Shown: piece by piece, positions 35,433-49,500 of the stretch
How positions within the stretch are numbered: position 1 is the first letter of the stretch
Layout of the letters: every line of letters begins with the position of its first letter
Assembly: GCF_008831285.2 (NCBI RefSeq)
Contig: NC_045138.2
Location: forward strand, 9,114,001 to 9,178,000
Length of the DNA: 64,000 bases
Direction of reading: 5' to 3'
From: Nymphaea colorata
Lineage: Eukaryota
The notes under the pieces: generated by a model
What the model was told of the DNA's origin: nothing
Database searches by the model: none
Seen by the model: only the letters and a program-made list of their open reading frames with translations
Translations under genes and position numbers: made by a program

Positions 35433-37293
35433 TGTTAGAACCAATTTTATTTCAAATACTTAAACTCTTTTGTAAGTCTTTTTTCATTATGCAATCTAAG
35501 AATCAAAGTTGAAGCTCTCGTGTGAACTAGCTCTTGCCTCTCTCTTTCCCTTACCGGCGACCGACGGTGACCGGAATTCCAACCTTCAACCTGTGGCTCT
35601 GGTTGAAGAATGACAGGCTGGGAGACATCTTTGGAGGTCACCAGAAAACCTCCTAGAGTCTCTTCATCCTATGCACCATTTCCCCAACTGAATTGCAGTC
35701 TTCTCTCGGTGCAATTCCTTCAAACACGGAAGGATATAGAGGCTGGAGAGGATAACTGGGAAGACTTGGAGGAGAGCGACTCGTGGCTCTAGTCGCCTAG
35801 TACCCAAGTGCACGACTCCGACTGCAAGAGAAGATGTAGGTGTCGTTCAATCTCCCAGCTTCTTCTCCACTCGAGCAGAACAAAGGACAGGTGAAAATCT
35901 TCCCTAGTAGGCCCTTGATCTCTGCCAAAAATAGAGAGAGATCGCTGGAAAGGAGGATTGACGTCGGTTCCCTTTGGACTGATTTTCACGGTGAGAAATC
36001 GAGAGAACTCGTCGGAATCCATTGGTAGAAGGCCAGTCAGATTCCAGCAAAGTTGATTGGTGGATCAGCTTGAAAACTTGTCCACAACAGCAGCAATCGA
36101 TCTCAATTCCATCCGTGAGGTTGTTGTCGAAGAGGAGATCAATTTCCCCAACGCCCGATTCCAAAATTGATCATAAACGTGAACACCACTTGGATGAAAC
36201 AAACCAGCATTTGGGCGGACAGTTCATGTGAATCCTGAAGCAAATCAGGGTGAAATTCACTCTCTCGCTGGTTCAGTTAGAATCACCCAGGCCTCAGCAT
36301 CTTCTTGGCCAAATCTCGACTCATTCCGACCTCATGTGGCTGAGAAATCGCATCCAGTGGCATTCTCATTTCAGACGTTGTTTAAACCAGCTTTTGGGCG
36401 GAAAGAATGGGTGAAATCTGAAGCAAACCAGGCGTCATTTTACTCTCTTGTTGATTCCTTTAGCATCCACGGCTGAGAACGAGCCTCCGATTGGAAATCT
36501 GTCCACACGCCAGAAAATCGGGTCGCTGCTTCTTTCCCGGCATAAGCCACATACCATCCAGGCATTCCTCCATCACTTTGCTGCCTCTCTCGGCCGACCG
36601 AGGCCTGCAGCAGCCACATACCATCCACTTCTGTTGCCGAGATCCTCAATCACTCTTGGCCAGCTCTTACTAGAAGACCAGGCGTCCTAGACCAGGCGGG
36701 TCTAACCTCCACTCCACCTCCTTGCTGTGATATCCGAGAGTAGCTGAGCCACTGGTTTTCTCTCGGATCCTATTGTTGTTTAAGCCGATCTCTCATTGGC
36801 TAGGTAACTTCTAAACATCCTATAGAACGGGGTTATTGGGTGCATTTGCTTTCTAAGCCAGGCTCTAGCCATTTGCTACTGTCGGTAGTCCCTCCAAGGC
36901 ACCTTGCCAAGGACACGGCTGCGAGTAGCTAAACCACCAAAGGGTAAGGGCATGGTTTGGCTGTTCTTAGGGATTGTATGAATGGTTTGTGAATGAATAT
37001 TGAGTGAGTTGTGAGAGTTAAATCTGTATCGCTCGTGTTTATACAAGCCTTAATCCCCTCAGTATTGTAATAGGATTAAAGACTTGGGTCAGGGAAAACA
37101 TACTTCTATCTTATACCTAGTGTACTATATTAAGCCGGGGTTGCTGTCCGGCGGAGAAAATTTTTGTAAATATAATTTGCTTAAATTTGGACTTTAGGCT
37201 CCCGCGAGTTGATCCTGGACTTGGGATCTATTCTCGGGCGTAGAAATCGCTAGCCGGGTCTAGGTTCCCACCAGGCTCTATGGGGCTTTGTCA
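35433..37293. mobile_element. Probable solo LTR (~1.86 kb)
   Basis: TGTTAG...TTGTCA with flanks TCATG / GCATG (4/5 match); TATA-like CTATATTAAG at ~37125; no coding domains recognised. Confidence 0.5.
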
Positions 37294-40200
37294 GCATGGT
37301 AAGTGCTCTCAATGCTCTATCTTTGCCATGGCCATGTGGAGGATGCTCAGTTGCTCCATCATGCCCTGACCCATTACTGTATTGCACCATAGTTGGCTCT
37401 TGATCACACCTTTGAGCTTCAGCCCATCAATCAAGTGCCCCACTAACACTCTTGGTGCTACCTGTCAGTGGTGGCCAAATGATAGAACCCCTCCCTAGAA
37501 ATCACTCCACTTAGCTAGGAACTCTCACCAGGTTCAAGCAATAGATCGATGGGTCTAGGATTTACTAGAAAGGATGCACACATCAAGGGACTAGGTTTGA
37601 AATTTTTAACAGGCTCCTTACCTATAGAAATCACAATAGAAATAACTATGCAGTATTATAAAGACCTGAAGAGGTTTCTCAAGGACCGGACAAACCCCGG
37701 CCTCACAAAAGATGGTACATCTCAGATCCCACCCCTAATCTCTCACTCTAGAGCACATCCTGGCCATCATGGAACCCATTCGTTATTCTCAACATCTTCC
37801 TGCACGAACTTTATTTTCAATAGCTACTCTGTTAGACGTCAAGCCATCTATGAACACGGCCTTCCCAAATAGTGACTCGCCCTTACTCGTGGGTTTGAGT
37901 TTGCTGTCAAGCTGCCCTTCGTGATGAACTCAAAGGGGGCAAACAAGCAACTAAATGCAGTTCCAGGCCTTAGCCGGCTTTCACAAACCACAACATGCAC
38001 CTCCAAAACTCAGAACTAGATTTTTCGCCTGGCCAGGAGTGTGAGACTTACAACGTATAGAGAGAGAAAGAGAGAGAGAGAGAGAACCAGATAACCTCTG
38101 TAGCGTCTGAGTTGAGCACAACTTAGGGTTAATGTAGGCTTGAACTCGCAGTAGTGTTGCATGACTTGTGTGACTCAATGGATGGGTAGGTACTCGTAGT
38201 GAACATGGAAAGACTCCTTAGGTCTTCATTGTGTAGTATTGAGGTGTTTGAAACCTGTAGTCTTTGATTGACCAAATGACTTGTAGCTCGACCTCTCGGG
38301 GAGAACAATTCACAAATGATTGGTATCTTGATGCCAACAAGAGATGCATAGGGGTTTAGAGCAGAAGAAAGAGACAAACAACACTAGTTAAAGGTGCAAA
38401 ATCTACCTGCATTTTCTGTCGTACTCTACACTACACAATGAGTAAGAAAATAACTTTAATAGTTCATTTTCCCACCACTTGTAGAGTTCATATGTACCCT
38501 TTTTATTGAAAGGTATACAAAAATGGGGGAGTTGAAACATGCTTCTGGTGCAAAAATCCGTCGTCAGGAGATAAGTGGTTCTACATGGCGTGCCACCGAC
38601 CATGCCCCTGGTGCAAAAATCCATCACCAGAAGATTGGTGGTTCTACATGGTGTGCTGCCTAATCTGCACACTATGGGTCTCCACCCTCAGTTGGTTGTT
38701 GTCTGTCTCGTGTGTGTTCCACCACTCCATTTTCACTTGTGAACCTCTACCCAAAGATAGATGTTGGTTGGCTTTTGACTGCACGTCACTTTCCATGGAT
38801 ACCTTAGCTTCCCACATAGTTCTCAACAAAGATGGCCTCTCATTTTTGCTTGAGCAATGGTCTTCTCTTTCACACAAGAGGAAATAACTTTGTACCTTGT
38901 AATTTTCTTTCCTGCAAATCTCATTCTTTGTGCCGTGCTGGGCCTCTGATTGGTGGGACATTTCCTGACCTACAATTGTCATTATGGTCTTCAAAAAACT
39001 GACTGCATTGGGTGACAGAATGGACATGGTTCTTGGATAGTCCCATTTCAGTTGGAGTCAAAATTGAATCATGTTACTACCATGCATGAAACCTTTGATG
39101 ACCTGATGTGGGCGAGACACTCTATTTCTCCCCATTTAATTGTCTCCTATTTGTTGGTCCCACCCTTGGGTTGTATGACATCTTTTGTAAGTTGACCATT
39201 TGTGAGAGTAGGGTGTGTGATAGCTTCTTTTAAAAAGCAATGAGAAAATGGCATGTTTCACCCATCCTTCTCATTAATGATATGCACGTGAGTGGAGTGC
39301 AAGTTACTTAAATTCTTATGCAAAAAGGAAAGGCATGAGCTGCCTATGAGACTTCAAGTATGGAACTTGAAGGGTTCTCTTTAAATGAGCCCACGCTTGC
39401 CATTTGTTTCAATGCTGGCTGTTTGTTTCAATGTTGTCTTCTTCATCAAGTTGTATTGGCTTGTTGACTACCTCATGATGTTCATGAAAAAGACCCGTTA
39501 GGTTTTCTTCTTCCTTGTTGGGCATGTTGAACCATGAAATATCTTTTTACCTCTAATTTAAGCTTAGATAGCTCCCACATCCCTGAGTCTAACCCTTGAA
39601 AATGGATTGAATCAATCCCTATAGAAGTTTTCTCAATGCTGACCATTTCTTTGATTGATTCCACCCTTTTGACTGCCCCTTTTTGCCTTTGATACGAGCT
39701 ATGCACACTTGTGGTAGTTTCTCCTAGGACACATAGACATGCTCAACCATTTTTGCTCAACTGCCCAAGGGATGGCTGACTTTGTATCAAGCGAATATAA
39801 GCACCCTGCTAGTTGACGTTGGTCTGACTTTCTCATGCACAGGAAAAAGGCAAGCTCAATTGTATACTAAGGATGGTATCACCAAACCAAAGACTCTCGG
39901 TTGTGAATGTGGCATGGGAAGCGGCACTGCCTGCTCGGTTACGGATTCTTGACACTACCTGGCCATGAATGGACTCCATTGGTGGTCATGGCTGGCACCT
40001 AATGTCCTCCTCTAGGTGTGATTCGGATACTACAATTAGTTGGTTTTGCTCTCCTCTATAGTAGTACTCCCTTGCATGCAAGGTGTGACTGGCCAACTTT
40101 GCAACCACCCTCGTTGGCTTAGCTGTGTGTGGCTCATGCCTAGCCTCTCTCAGCACTAAATGTGTGTCTGGTTGAGACTCTCCCCAAGCACCTAGATAGT

Positions 40201-40559
40201 TTCTAGGTCATGGATGGCCACTCTTGTCTAGCACCCGGAGGCATCCCCTGCATTAGCTAGCTGTGATAGCCAGCCATCAATACCTGGTCCAACTGCAACA
40301 ATCCTCTAGCCACATGATGGATGTCATGCATGGCAACAAGATGAACTGCTAGATTAGGCCGGCAACTCTAGACAAGCAAGGGACAAATAGTCAAGCCATT
40401 ACCCAGCATGGCCAGCCTAGTGCCCAGGATGCTAAGGCTAAATAGCCTCATAGTGTGCTAAATATAGCCCATCGATGGCTGCAAGGGGCAGTCATCCATT
40501 GGTCTGGCCTTGGCATAGTAGAGGGACTCAATGGTGATAAGAGGGCATGCAATAGATCC

Positions 40560-41964
40560 ACCTTCCTTAGACCAGTTGGGGAACCAATGGTAAAACTCAT
40601 GATTGTGCTCCCATGTGGTTCCTGACTCTATGCTAGACCACTACACTAACACCTCACAGGCCATGTTGTTACCATGTTGGACTCTCTAGTGTGTAGAATA
40701 CTCTATAGCTCTTTTATCTTTTCCTAGATTGGTACTACCTCAGTAGGTGCCTCGCCAATGTATGACTTTAGTCAACTAACGTGAAACATGGGGTGCACCG
40801 GCATGGCGTTGGGTAGATCTAGTTTGTAGGATATCCTTCCTTATGTTGTAATACTCTAAATGGGCCATAATGCCTAGGAAGCATCTTCAAATATTGTTGG
40901 CCCATGAGAGAATGTTGGCTACATGGAAGCCTCTTGAGCCAAGCCCAGCTCCCCTCCTCAAACTCTTGGTCACGATGCCCTTCATCATAGATATGCCTCA
41001 TGTGGTTCTATGCATGCATTATTGCCAAAATTTTGTCCCAATCACGAAGGATTTGTTCTACATCCGGTTCATTTATATTGGTTGTCTCATAACTAATGAC
41101 TACCTGAGGCAAGTAGCCATACACCGCCTCATGTGGCGACATGCTGATAGCTAAGTGTAGGCTGGTGTTGTAGGCCCACTCACACCACAAAAGATAGTGT
41201 ACCTAGGTATTGGGTTGCTTGTCCACAAAGCATCATAAGTGCGTCACAATGGTCTGGTTGAGCACATCACTCTAGTCATCCATTTGATGGGTCATACTGT
41301 ACAATATATATATGTCCCAAGCATATGTATATAATCCTTATAGAAATTATTGATGAAGATAGAATCTCCTTCTCACACAATAGTCCTTGGCATTCTATGG
41401 AACTTGCCAAAAACAAATGGGAATGCCTTTGCCATGATAAATACCTAAATGGATGGAGCAAAATGATTGTACTTGGTTAATTGATCAACCATAACCATTA
41501 TGACCCCTTCCCCTCAAACCGAGGCATCGCATCAATGAAATCCATCTCTATATCCCACCATGGACAAGTCAGAATGGTAATGGGTTGAATAACCAAAAGG
41601 GCATATGGCTTCATACTTCTCCTCTGACAGACTATGCACACTCTAACATATCATCAGATATCCTCCTCCATTCCCTACACTAGAAGTGCTAACATACGTG
41701 CATAAGGGTCTTTCGATTACCCTCACGGCCAACAGTAGAAATGTTGTTGTGCAATGAGAGGAGCTCCTAAATCAAGGAAGAAGCATCGGCAAGACTGTGT
41801 TACCCTTGTAACATAGAACCTGTCGCCTCATCTGTAGTCAGGCATCGAGCGCAAGTGCTACTACATAGACTATCTCAATAGATGAAGTTGCTCATCGGCC
41901 TCTTGCACTATTGGAATGCAAGACCATATATGCAATGAAACCTTTGAAAACACCATGAGTCTCT
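40560..41964 (-). pseudogene. Integrase + chromodomain remnant of old gypsy
   Basis: WCEWAYNTS..MSPHEAVYG; LPRHYGPFRVL; HPMFHVS*LK; VLV*WSSIESGTTWE...WFP. Confidence 0.85.
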
Positions 41965-42959
41965 CAGGGTGATGTGAGTCCTCCTTGCTAGCTAAGGATC
42001 TCTTGCACGTGCCTATGCTCTCATTTGACTCAAGAGTACAATGTACTCGTCTGGACAGGGCCCCAAAGCTAATTGTCCCAGTACAATAATCTCAACCTTA
42101 ATACATGCTCACGAACAATGGAGGTCTCTCATGTGTGCAAGTATGAAGGTGTGGTGCTTGAACAATCGAATGAGAAAGAGAGAGATAGAAATGTAGGATG
42201 AGAAAGAGCCTACTCGGCTAGTCTGAGTGGATGCCTCGGCTGGGCTCAAAACGAGCCAAGCTTAAAAGCCATGAATCCTATAGTGATAGGTGGGTCCCAA
42301 GGCTGAAGCCTCAAACTGGTCTACTCTGGGTGCATTTTCCACTCAAGGGGGCTATATGACCAAGGCTCGCAGGTGGCTTGGTACGGCATAGCTGGTGAGA
42401 AGGGGGATGTAGAAGGCAAGCAACAAGGCAGTGGCCAAGGGTAGCTCTCAACTTAATTGAGGGTTGAGTAGCAGCCAGTAGGGGGCTGGTGTGGGGGGAA
42501 TTAATCCCACAACTAACACCACACTAGTCGGAAGTGGTTGGGCCTAGGGTTGAGACACGGCAGCGACAGGCCAGATCTGTCCAATGGTTGCTGGTTGTAC
42601 TTCAACAAGTGACTGGTAGAGGATGTACGGGGTTGGCTTGTTAGCAAGCTGGGTAGCAAGCCCACCTGATAGGTCTCAGCTAAAGTTGGAAGTTGGTGGG
42701 ATGGCCTATGGCCTAGAATGGTCGGCTACCACCAGGGATGCGGTCACGTACTCAATAGTGACTGGCAAGTAGATCTAAAGGTGGGTGTGTATGCTAGCTT
42801 AGATCTACCTTCAGGGGCACAGATTAGAGGTCATTAGAATCGAGGGAGAGATCGATGGGCAGTGCACAAAACAACAGACCATGAGAATGAAAAAGGAGAT
42901 AACTTCACGCTGGGACTGGTACACAGTTGGTGTCTCCTTGGTTCACCCGGTGGCCCGTG

Positions 42960-43587
42960 GGTGCCCACATCATGTCTTCTCAATCAACAAGATAGTTGGA
43001 GGCAAAATTACGGAGGGTAGCCACTAGGTCTTCTTACTCATTAGAAAGCTCTGCATCTAGGGTGGGGTTGCGACAGGCAGATCACGTGTTGCCACCAATG
43101 AACTACTAGCTAGACTATGGGATTAAAGACAGAGAGAGATGGACTGGTGGTACTCAAAAGGACTGTGGTAGCATGAAGGCGTCAGGTGGGAGCATGATGG
43201 TGGTGGTGGATCTAGCAGATTGTGATCTTCTAAGAGAACATGTACATGAATAATAGTCGGAAGAGAGATAGAGAGTCGGTGCCCACAGCTTGTCTTCTCA
43301 ATCAGCAAGATAGTTGGAGGCAAAATTGTCAAGGGTAGCCACTAGGTCTTCTTACTCCTTAGAAAGCTCTACGTCTAGGGTGGGGTTGCAACAGGTGGAT
43401 AATGAGTTGCCACCAAAGGACTACTAGCTAGACGATGGGATTAAAGATAGAGAGAGAAGGACTGGTAGTACTCAAAAGGACTGTGGTAGCATGAAGGCAT
43501 CAGATAGGAGCATGATGGTGGTGGTGGATCTAGCAGACTGTGATCTTCTAAGAGAACATGCACATGAATAATAATCGAAAGAGAGAC
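42960..43587. repeat. 318-bp-period tandem duplication inside repeat A
   Basis: GGTGCCCACA at 42960 and 43278 followed by collinear sequence to GAGAGA. Confidence 0.92.
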
Positions 43588-46285
43588 TAATCTTCATTAA
43601 CCAACTGAATGAATAATGTAAACATACAAAGAAATTGTGTTTTAGGGTGCACACCTTTTGCAAGAATGGAAGGAATTCAAAGAAGATCATTCCACTGGTG
43701 GAACTAGATTGGGTGGCACCACAGTGGAGTTTTCCTATTTTGCATTTCCACCAAAGGGGTGGTGAGTTGGAGGAAGGGTCCTACGTGATGAATTGGTGCC
43801 CTAGTGGTGCTGAGGTGGCTCTTAGTTGGCAGGTGCAACTGGTGGGGCTATTATGTGGCACACCAAGTATAGCAAATGCATCCCATCCATGGGGCACACT
43901 TTTCTTTCTTGTGTAGGAGGTGGGAGGGGCTGGATGGCATGTTGTAGCCTTGGGGTGGAAGGCAGCCAACTGAATAAGGCAAGTGGCTGACTGATCAAGT
44001 GCACCAAGATCAGAAATTACCTACCAATCATGTGGATCCCACGTCTGAGGTGCCAGTCAGCGTGGATCCTTGCATCCACTATGTGCAAGACCACAAGTGA
44101 GCTAGTGTTGATAATGTGGAGTGTTGCTAATGACTGGACCTTTGTGATTGGGTGCACTATTGGTCCAGACTCAACTCGAGTGTGCTCGAACTGGTTGCAC
44201 ATGCTCGGGTTGGGCCAAGCTCCTATAGTGGGTCGGTTTGGTCTACACACGCCTAAGGGTCCAACACAATTGGGGTTTGAGAGATAACATCCTCCTATGG
44301 TTACTGACAGTAACAAACCGTTGGTAAAATCGAACACCATCAATGATAGTTTCATTGATGGCATATGCAACCTGTCAGAGTAGCCATTGTCACTGATACA
44401 TTCACTGATGTGTGAGTATGACCATTCAATAGGTGGAGGACATGGTGCAGCCATGTAGGGCTGGTGTTGCTTGTGGTATGTTGGCTGCTTGAAGGCCTGT
44501 GAATCATATTATTGGCTGGCTTAAGGAGGAAGATGCCGAGGAAGAGTGGTCATGGCTAGTGTTGGCCGGCATGAAATAGCCTTTTGTGATGGGTTGAGGC
44601 CAGCCGTGTGTACTGTTCGGCCAACTGTGAAGGTTTGTGGCCAAGCAGCCTGTGGCTGCTAGTGTGAGGATGTGGCCGATGCAGACAGAGGCTACTATGA
44701 CATGTTTATAGCCAACATGAAAGGAATCAATGGTCGGTCAAACAAGCTGGTCTCAATCGAGAGGAGCCATCATTTTGTCAGCTACCCTTCGACGGGAACT
44801 GCCCTGTGAAAGTTGGCTAGTCAGTTAGCTTTAGCATCATCTACTCCCTCAAGAACTCGAGCACAGACGCGTATGTCTAGCACAAACTAGGCAGCTATGA
44901 GACCAGCGACTATGGCGGCTATCTCCATAATGACGCCATCCAATCACTACTGAATTGGGCTGGTGTGTTGCACAACTTCTCCATAGAAGTGGTCAATGAT
45001 AGGATCTACTCCTCTACGTGCTCCATACACAAAGTTTGATAGGTCATAAGATTGCTAAGTTGCATGATGGATATGATACCACTTGATGTGAGTTTTTCTT
45101 GCTATATGAGAATCTCTTGTATGTTCTTATGCTCTTGTTGGACTAATGAGGTCAACACGTTCGTCTGGACAGGACCCCAGAGTAAATTTTCCCAATAACA
45201 ATAATCCCAACCTTAATATGGGCTCATCAATAATGAAGGTCTCTGATGTCTCCAAGTGTGAAGGTGTAGTGCTCGAACAAACCAACGAGAGAGAGGGAGA
45301 AAGAAATGGAGGATAAGGAAGAGCTTACTCAGCTAGGCCAAGTGGATGTTGTGGCCAGGCTCAGGATGAGTTGGGCTTAGTAGTCGTGATCATGGAGTGA
45401 CAGGCAAGTTTGAAGGCCGAACCCTCAAACTAGTTCACTTTGGGTGCTTCCACCGCTCAAAGGTGTTGTACGGCCACGGTAGAAGGAGGCTTGGTTGGCA
45501 ATTGCTCCACAAGTTGGTGATGTGGGAGGCCGGTAGTAGGGCTGCAGCCAAGGCTGCTCACGACTTAGCCAAGGGTTGAGTGGCAGCCAATAGGCGGCTG
45601 GCATCACACTGGCTAGGAGCAGCCAAGCTGGAGGCTGTGGGAGTTGTGCAAAAGTACATGTGGTAGCAACGGGCCAGATCAAGCTAATGATTGCCAATTG
45701 TACCTCGTCAAGTAGCTATTCGAGGACAGACGGGGCTAGCCTGATAGTGGTTGAAGCTAGAATTGGTTGGGGGCCCAAAGTCTGGAGTGGCTGGCTGCCA
45801 CCATGGACACAATCTCATACTCACTAGTGGCTGGCTAGATCTGCCTTAGGGTCTAGATTGGTGGTTTGCTAGTATTGAGGGAGATATCGGCAAGAAGGAG
45901 CAAAACAGAACATCAGGAGAGAGAAGGAGAAAGATATACCTTTATAGTGAAACTCATACACAACTAGTGTCTCCTCTATTTCCCTAGTGGCCCATCAACA
46001 CCCAGGGCTTGTCTTCCTGACTAGCAACCTAGGCAAGGCCTTTGATTGACCGAATGTGGCAAGCATGGATCGGCCTAAATCAAGTGTTCCAAAATGAGAG
46101 CTCTGTGTTTGGGGTGAAGTTGCTAAGGGTGTCCACGAGATCTCCTCACACGTTAGAGGACTCTGTGTCTACGGCAGGCTTGCATGGCCAGACACGAATT
46201 GTTACCAGTGAACTACTAGCTAGATGGTGAGAGAAGGATCGGTAGTACCTAGAAGGGCTAGGACAACATGAACGACATTGGGTAG

Positions 46286-46563
46286 TGTAGAAACACACAC
46301 CAAGATGGAGAGAAAGAGAAGGAACACACAATATACGTGGAAAACCTCAAAGAGAGGTGAAAAACCACGGAGAAGCTCTAACCTAGGTGCACAACCGCAA
46401 CCCTAGGAGAGAGAAAATGTTATTCCACTTAATCAACAATTACACCATAAGTGGGATTAAATAAGAGGGAAAAACGCCTAGGGTACCGAGCCACTCTCGG
46501 TACCCGTGCCCATGGGACCGGATCTGGATCCAGACCCGGTTCCCTATACATGATATGTTAACA
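46286..46563 (-). repeat. 3' LTR of young copia
   Basis: 278 bp, TG..CA. Confidence 0.97.
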
Positions 46564-49500
46564 CTCCCCCTCAAGCTTGGCATACATGTCAAACATGCCA
46601 AGCTTGCTTACATTTTTCTCGAATTGAGATGTACATAAGGCTTTGGTTAGAACATCTGCAATCTGATCTTCAGACTTCATATAAGGTAGGATCAACTCCT
46701 TTGAATCTATGCGTTCCCGTATGAAGTAGCGATCAATCTCCACATGTTTAGTTCTGTCATGCAGAACAGGATTATTCACAAGATTAATTGCAGACTTGTT
46801 GTCGCAGTACATCCTCATCTTCTCTTCTGTTTCAACACCAATATCTGTTAGGAGAATCTTTAACCATAACATTTCTGTAACTCCCATAGCCACAGCCTTG
46901 TATTCAGCCTCAGCACTTGATCTATAGCATACTTCCTGCCTCTTACTTCTCCAAACAACCAGGTTACCCCCCAGAAAGATGCAGTACCCTGTGGTAGACC
47001 TCCTAGTATAAGTACATCCTGCCCAATCTGCGTCAGAGTATCCTTCAATATTAAGTTGGTTTTGCTGAGTATAGAGTAATCCTTTTCTTAGGTCATTCTT
47101 TAGGTACCCCAACACTCTTTCTGCACTCTTCCAGTGACAATCAGTAGGAGCATGCATAAACTGACTCAACACATTCACAGCATAAGTAATATCAGGGCGA
47201 GTAAGAGTAAGATAGATAAGTTTACCAACCAGCCTCTGATACCGCCCTTTTCCTTCCTCATCTAGGATGTTACCAGTTTTGATGCTTATCTTTGTACCAG
47301 ACTCCATTGGAGTTAGAAAGGGTCTGCACCCAAGTTTGCCTGTCTCCTTTAGAAGATCCAGAGTGTATTTCCTTTGGCTCATAACCAGCCCTATCTCTGA
47401 CCGAGCAATCTCTATCCCCATAAAGTACCTTAGTTTACCCAAATCTTTAAGATCAAATTCAGCAGCTAACCTCTCCTTCATCTTCTTTTTCTCTTCTTCA
47501 TCGTCACCTGTGACTATCATATCATCAACATACACAAGAAGAAGACTCACCAGGCCATCTCTCTGCTTAATGAATAGGGTGTGATCACCATTTCCCTGTT
47601 TGTATCCATTTTTCTTCATCACTATCCTCAATCTTTCAAACCATGCTCTAGGAGACTGCTTTAATCCATACAAGGCTTTCTTGAGATGACAGCATTTCCC
47701 GCTTTGAACATATCCAGGAGGCATACTCATATAGACCTCTTCTTCTAGATGGCCATTCAGAAATGCGTTCTTAACATCAAGTTGATCCATGCTCCACCCC
47801 TTTTTCACGGCAAGAGCTAATATGACCCTCACAGTTTTCAGTTTGGCAACAGGGGCAAAGGTTTCAAGATAATCAATACCATATTTCTGGCTGAACCCCT
47901 TTGCAACAAGCCGAGCCTTATACCTTTCCACAGTACCATCTGGTTCGTACTTCACATTGAACACCCACTTTGAACCAACTAAATGAGTCCCTTTGAGAAT
48001 ATCCACAACTTCCCAAGTGTCATTCTTTGCCAAGGCATTCATCTCCTCTGTCATGGCCTGTAGCCATTTAGGATCCTCTCTAGCATCTTCCACACACCTG
48101 GGAATAACAGACTTAGACAAGGATGTTATAAAGCATTTGTAATTCTTACTCAATTTCGCATAAGAGACAAATCTCTGAATAGGATGAGAAGTACAAGACC
48201 TGGTGCCCTTGGGCAGGGCTATAGGAAGCTCTTCATTGATTAGACTTGGGTCATCCGGGGAGCTCACAGGATTGGGATTGGTTACATCAACATTTTCAAT
48301 CACATCTGTCTTCTTCCTTCTGTACACCTGGCCAAACAAATGATCACGGGCTGTAGGCTGATTATCAACAAGACCCTCATCCATGTGACGGTCTCTATCA
48401 TCTCTGACTGTGTCTGCCACACTGTCACTGGCCTTGTAATCCAAGAAATCCGTAAACTGAATCAACTGATTTGAGGAATACTCTTCACTACTGTGCCCTA
48501 GATACTCCCCCTGAAGAGGATTCACATGAAAGTATGCCTCATGTTCATGGAAGGTGACGTCCCGGGAAACATAGACTTTAGAGGTGGTAGGATCAACACA
48601 TTTGTATCCCTTCTGAGTGGAGGAATACCCCAGGAAGACAGCCTTGACAGACCGATGATCAAGTTTCTTGAGGGTGGGACTATGGTCATGAACAAAACAG
48701 ACACACCCGAACACCCGAGGAGTAAGAGGCCAGGGATTCTGAGTAGGCCAAAGCATAGAGTACGGGGAATGGCCCTGCAACACACGGGTAGGCATACGGT
48801 TGATAAGGTGGGCACTAGTGAGAAGCGCATCACCCCAGTAGCGCTTGGGAACCTGACGATGGAACAAAAGGGCCCGGGTAACATCAAGCAAATGGCGATT
48901 CTTCCGTTCAGCCACGCCATTTTGGGGAGGTGTGTAACTACATGACGTTTCATGGACAATACCCTTGCTCTTCAAGAAATCATCTAGGGATTGAGAGACA
49001 TACTCTCTAGCATTATCGGTGCGAAAAGCTTGGATAGACGTCTGAAACTGAGTCTCAACAAAGGCCACAAAGTTTTTGACAATAACGGGAACTTCACTAC
49101 GTTCTTTCAACAGATACACGAACGTACAACGGGAGTAATCATCAATAAGGGTCATAAAGTAATGAAAACCACAACAAGTGGGTACTCCCGAAGGACCCCA
49201 AACATCAGAATGAACCAAAGCAAATGGACGAGTGGTTTTATTGAATGAAATAGGGTACGAGGCCCTAACATGTTTAGCCAACTGACACACTTCACAGGTG
49301 AAGGAGTCTATGGAAACAGAATGAAACAAACTAGGAAACAACTTCTTAATCAATGGAAACGGAAGATGACCAAGCCTCTCGTGCCATCGCATAATAGTAG
49401 ATCTGTCTTCTACGCCTGACAACTGTCCACTAGTGGCTGAAATAAGAGCGGACGCAACCTGCACAGGCAGTCTGTAGAGTCCATCAATAGCCGAACCAAT

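Noticed and set aside
37300..39900. Possible decayed gag-like or other retroelement sequence
   Set aside because: Only vague Cys/His hints; no termini or motif series I could support.
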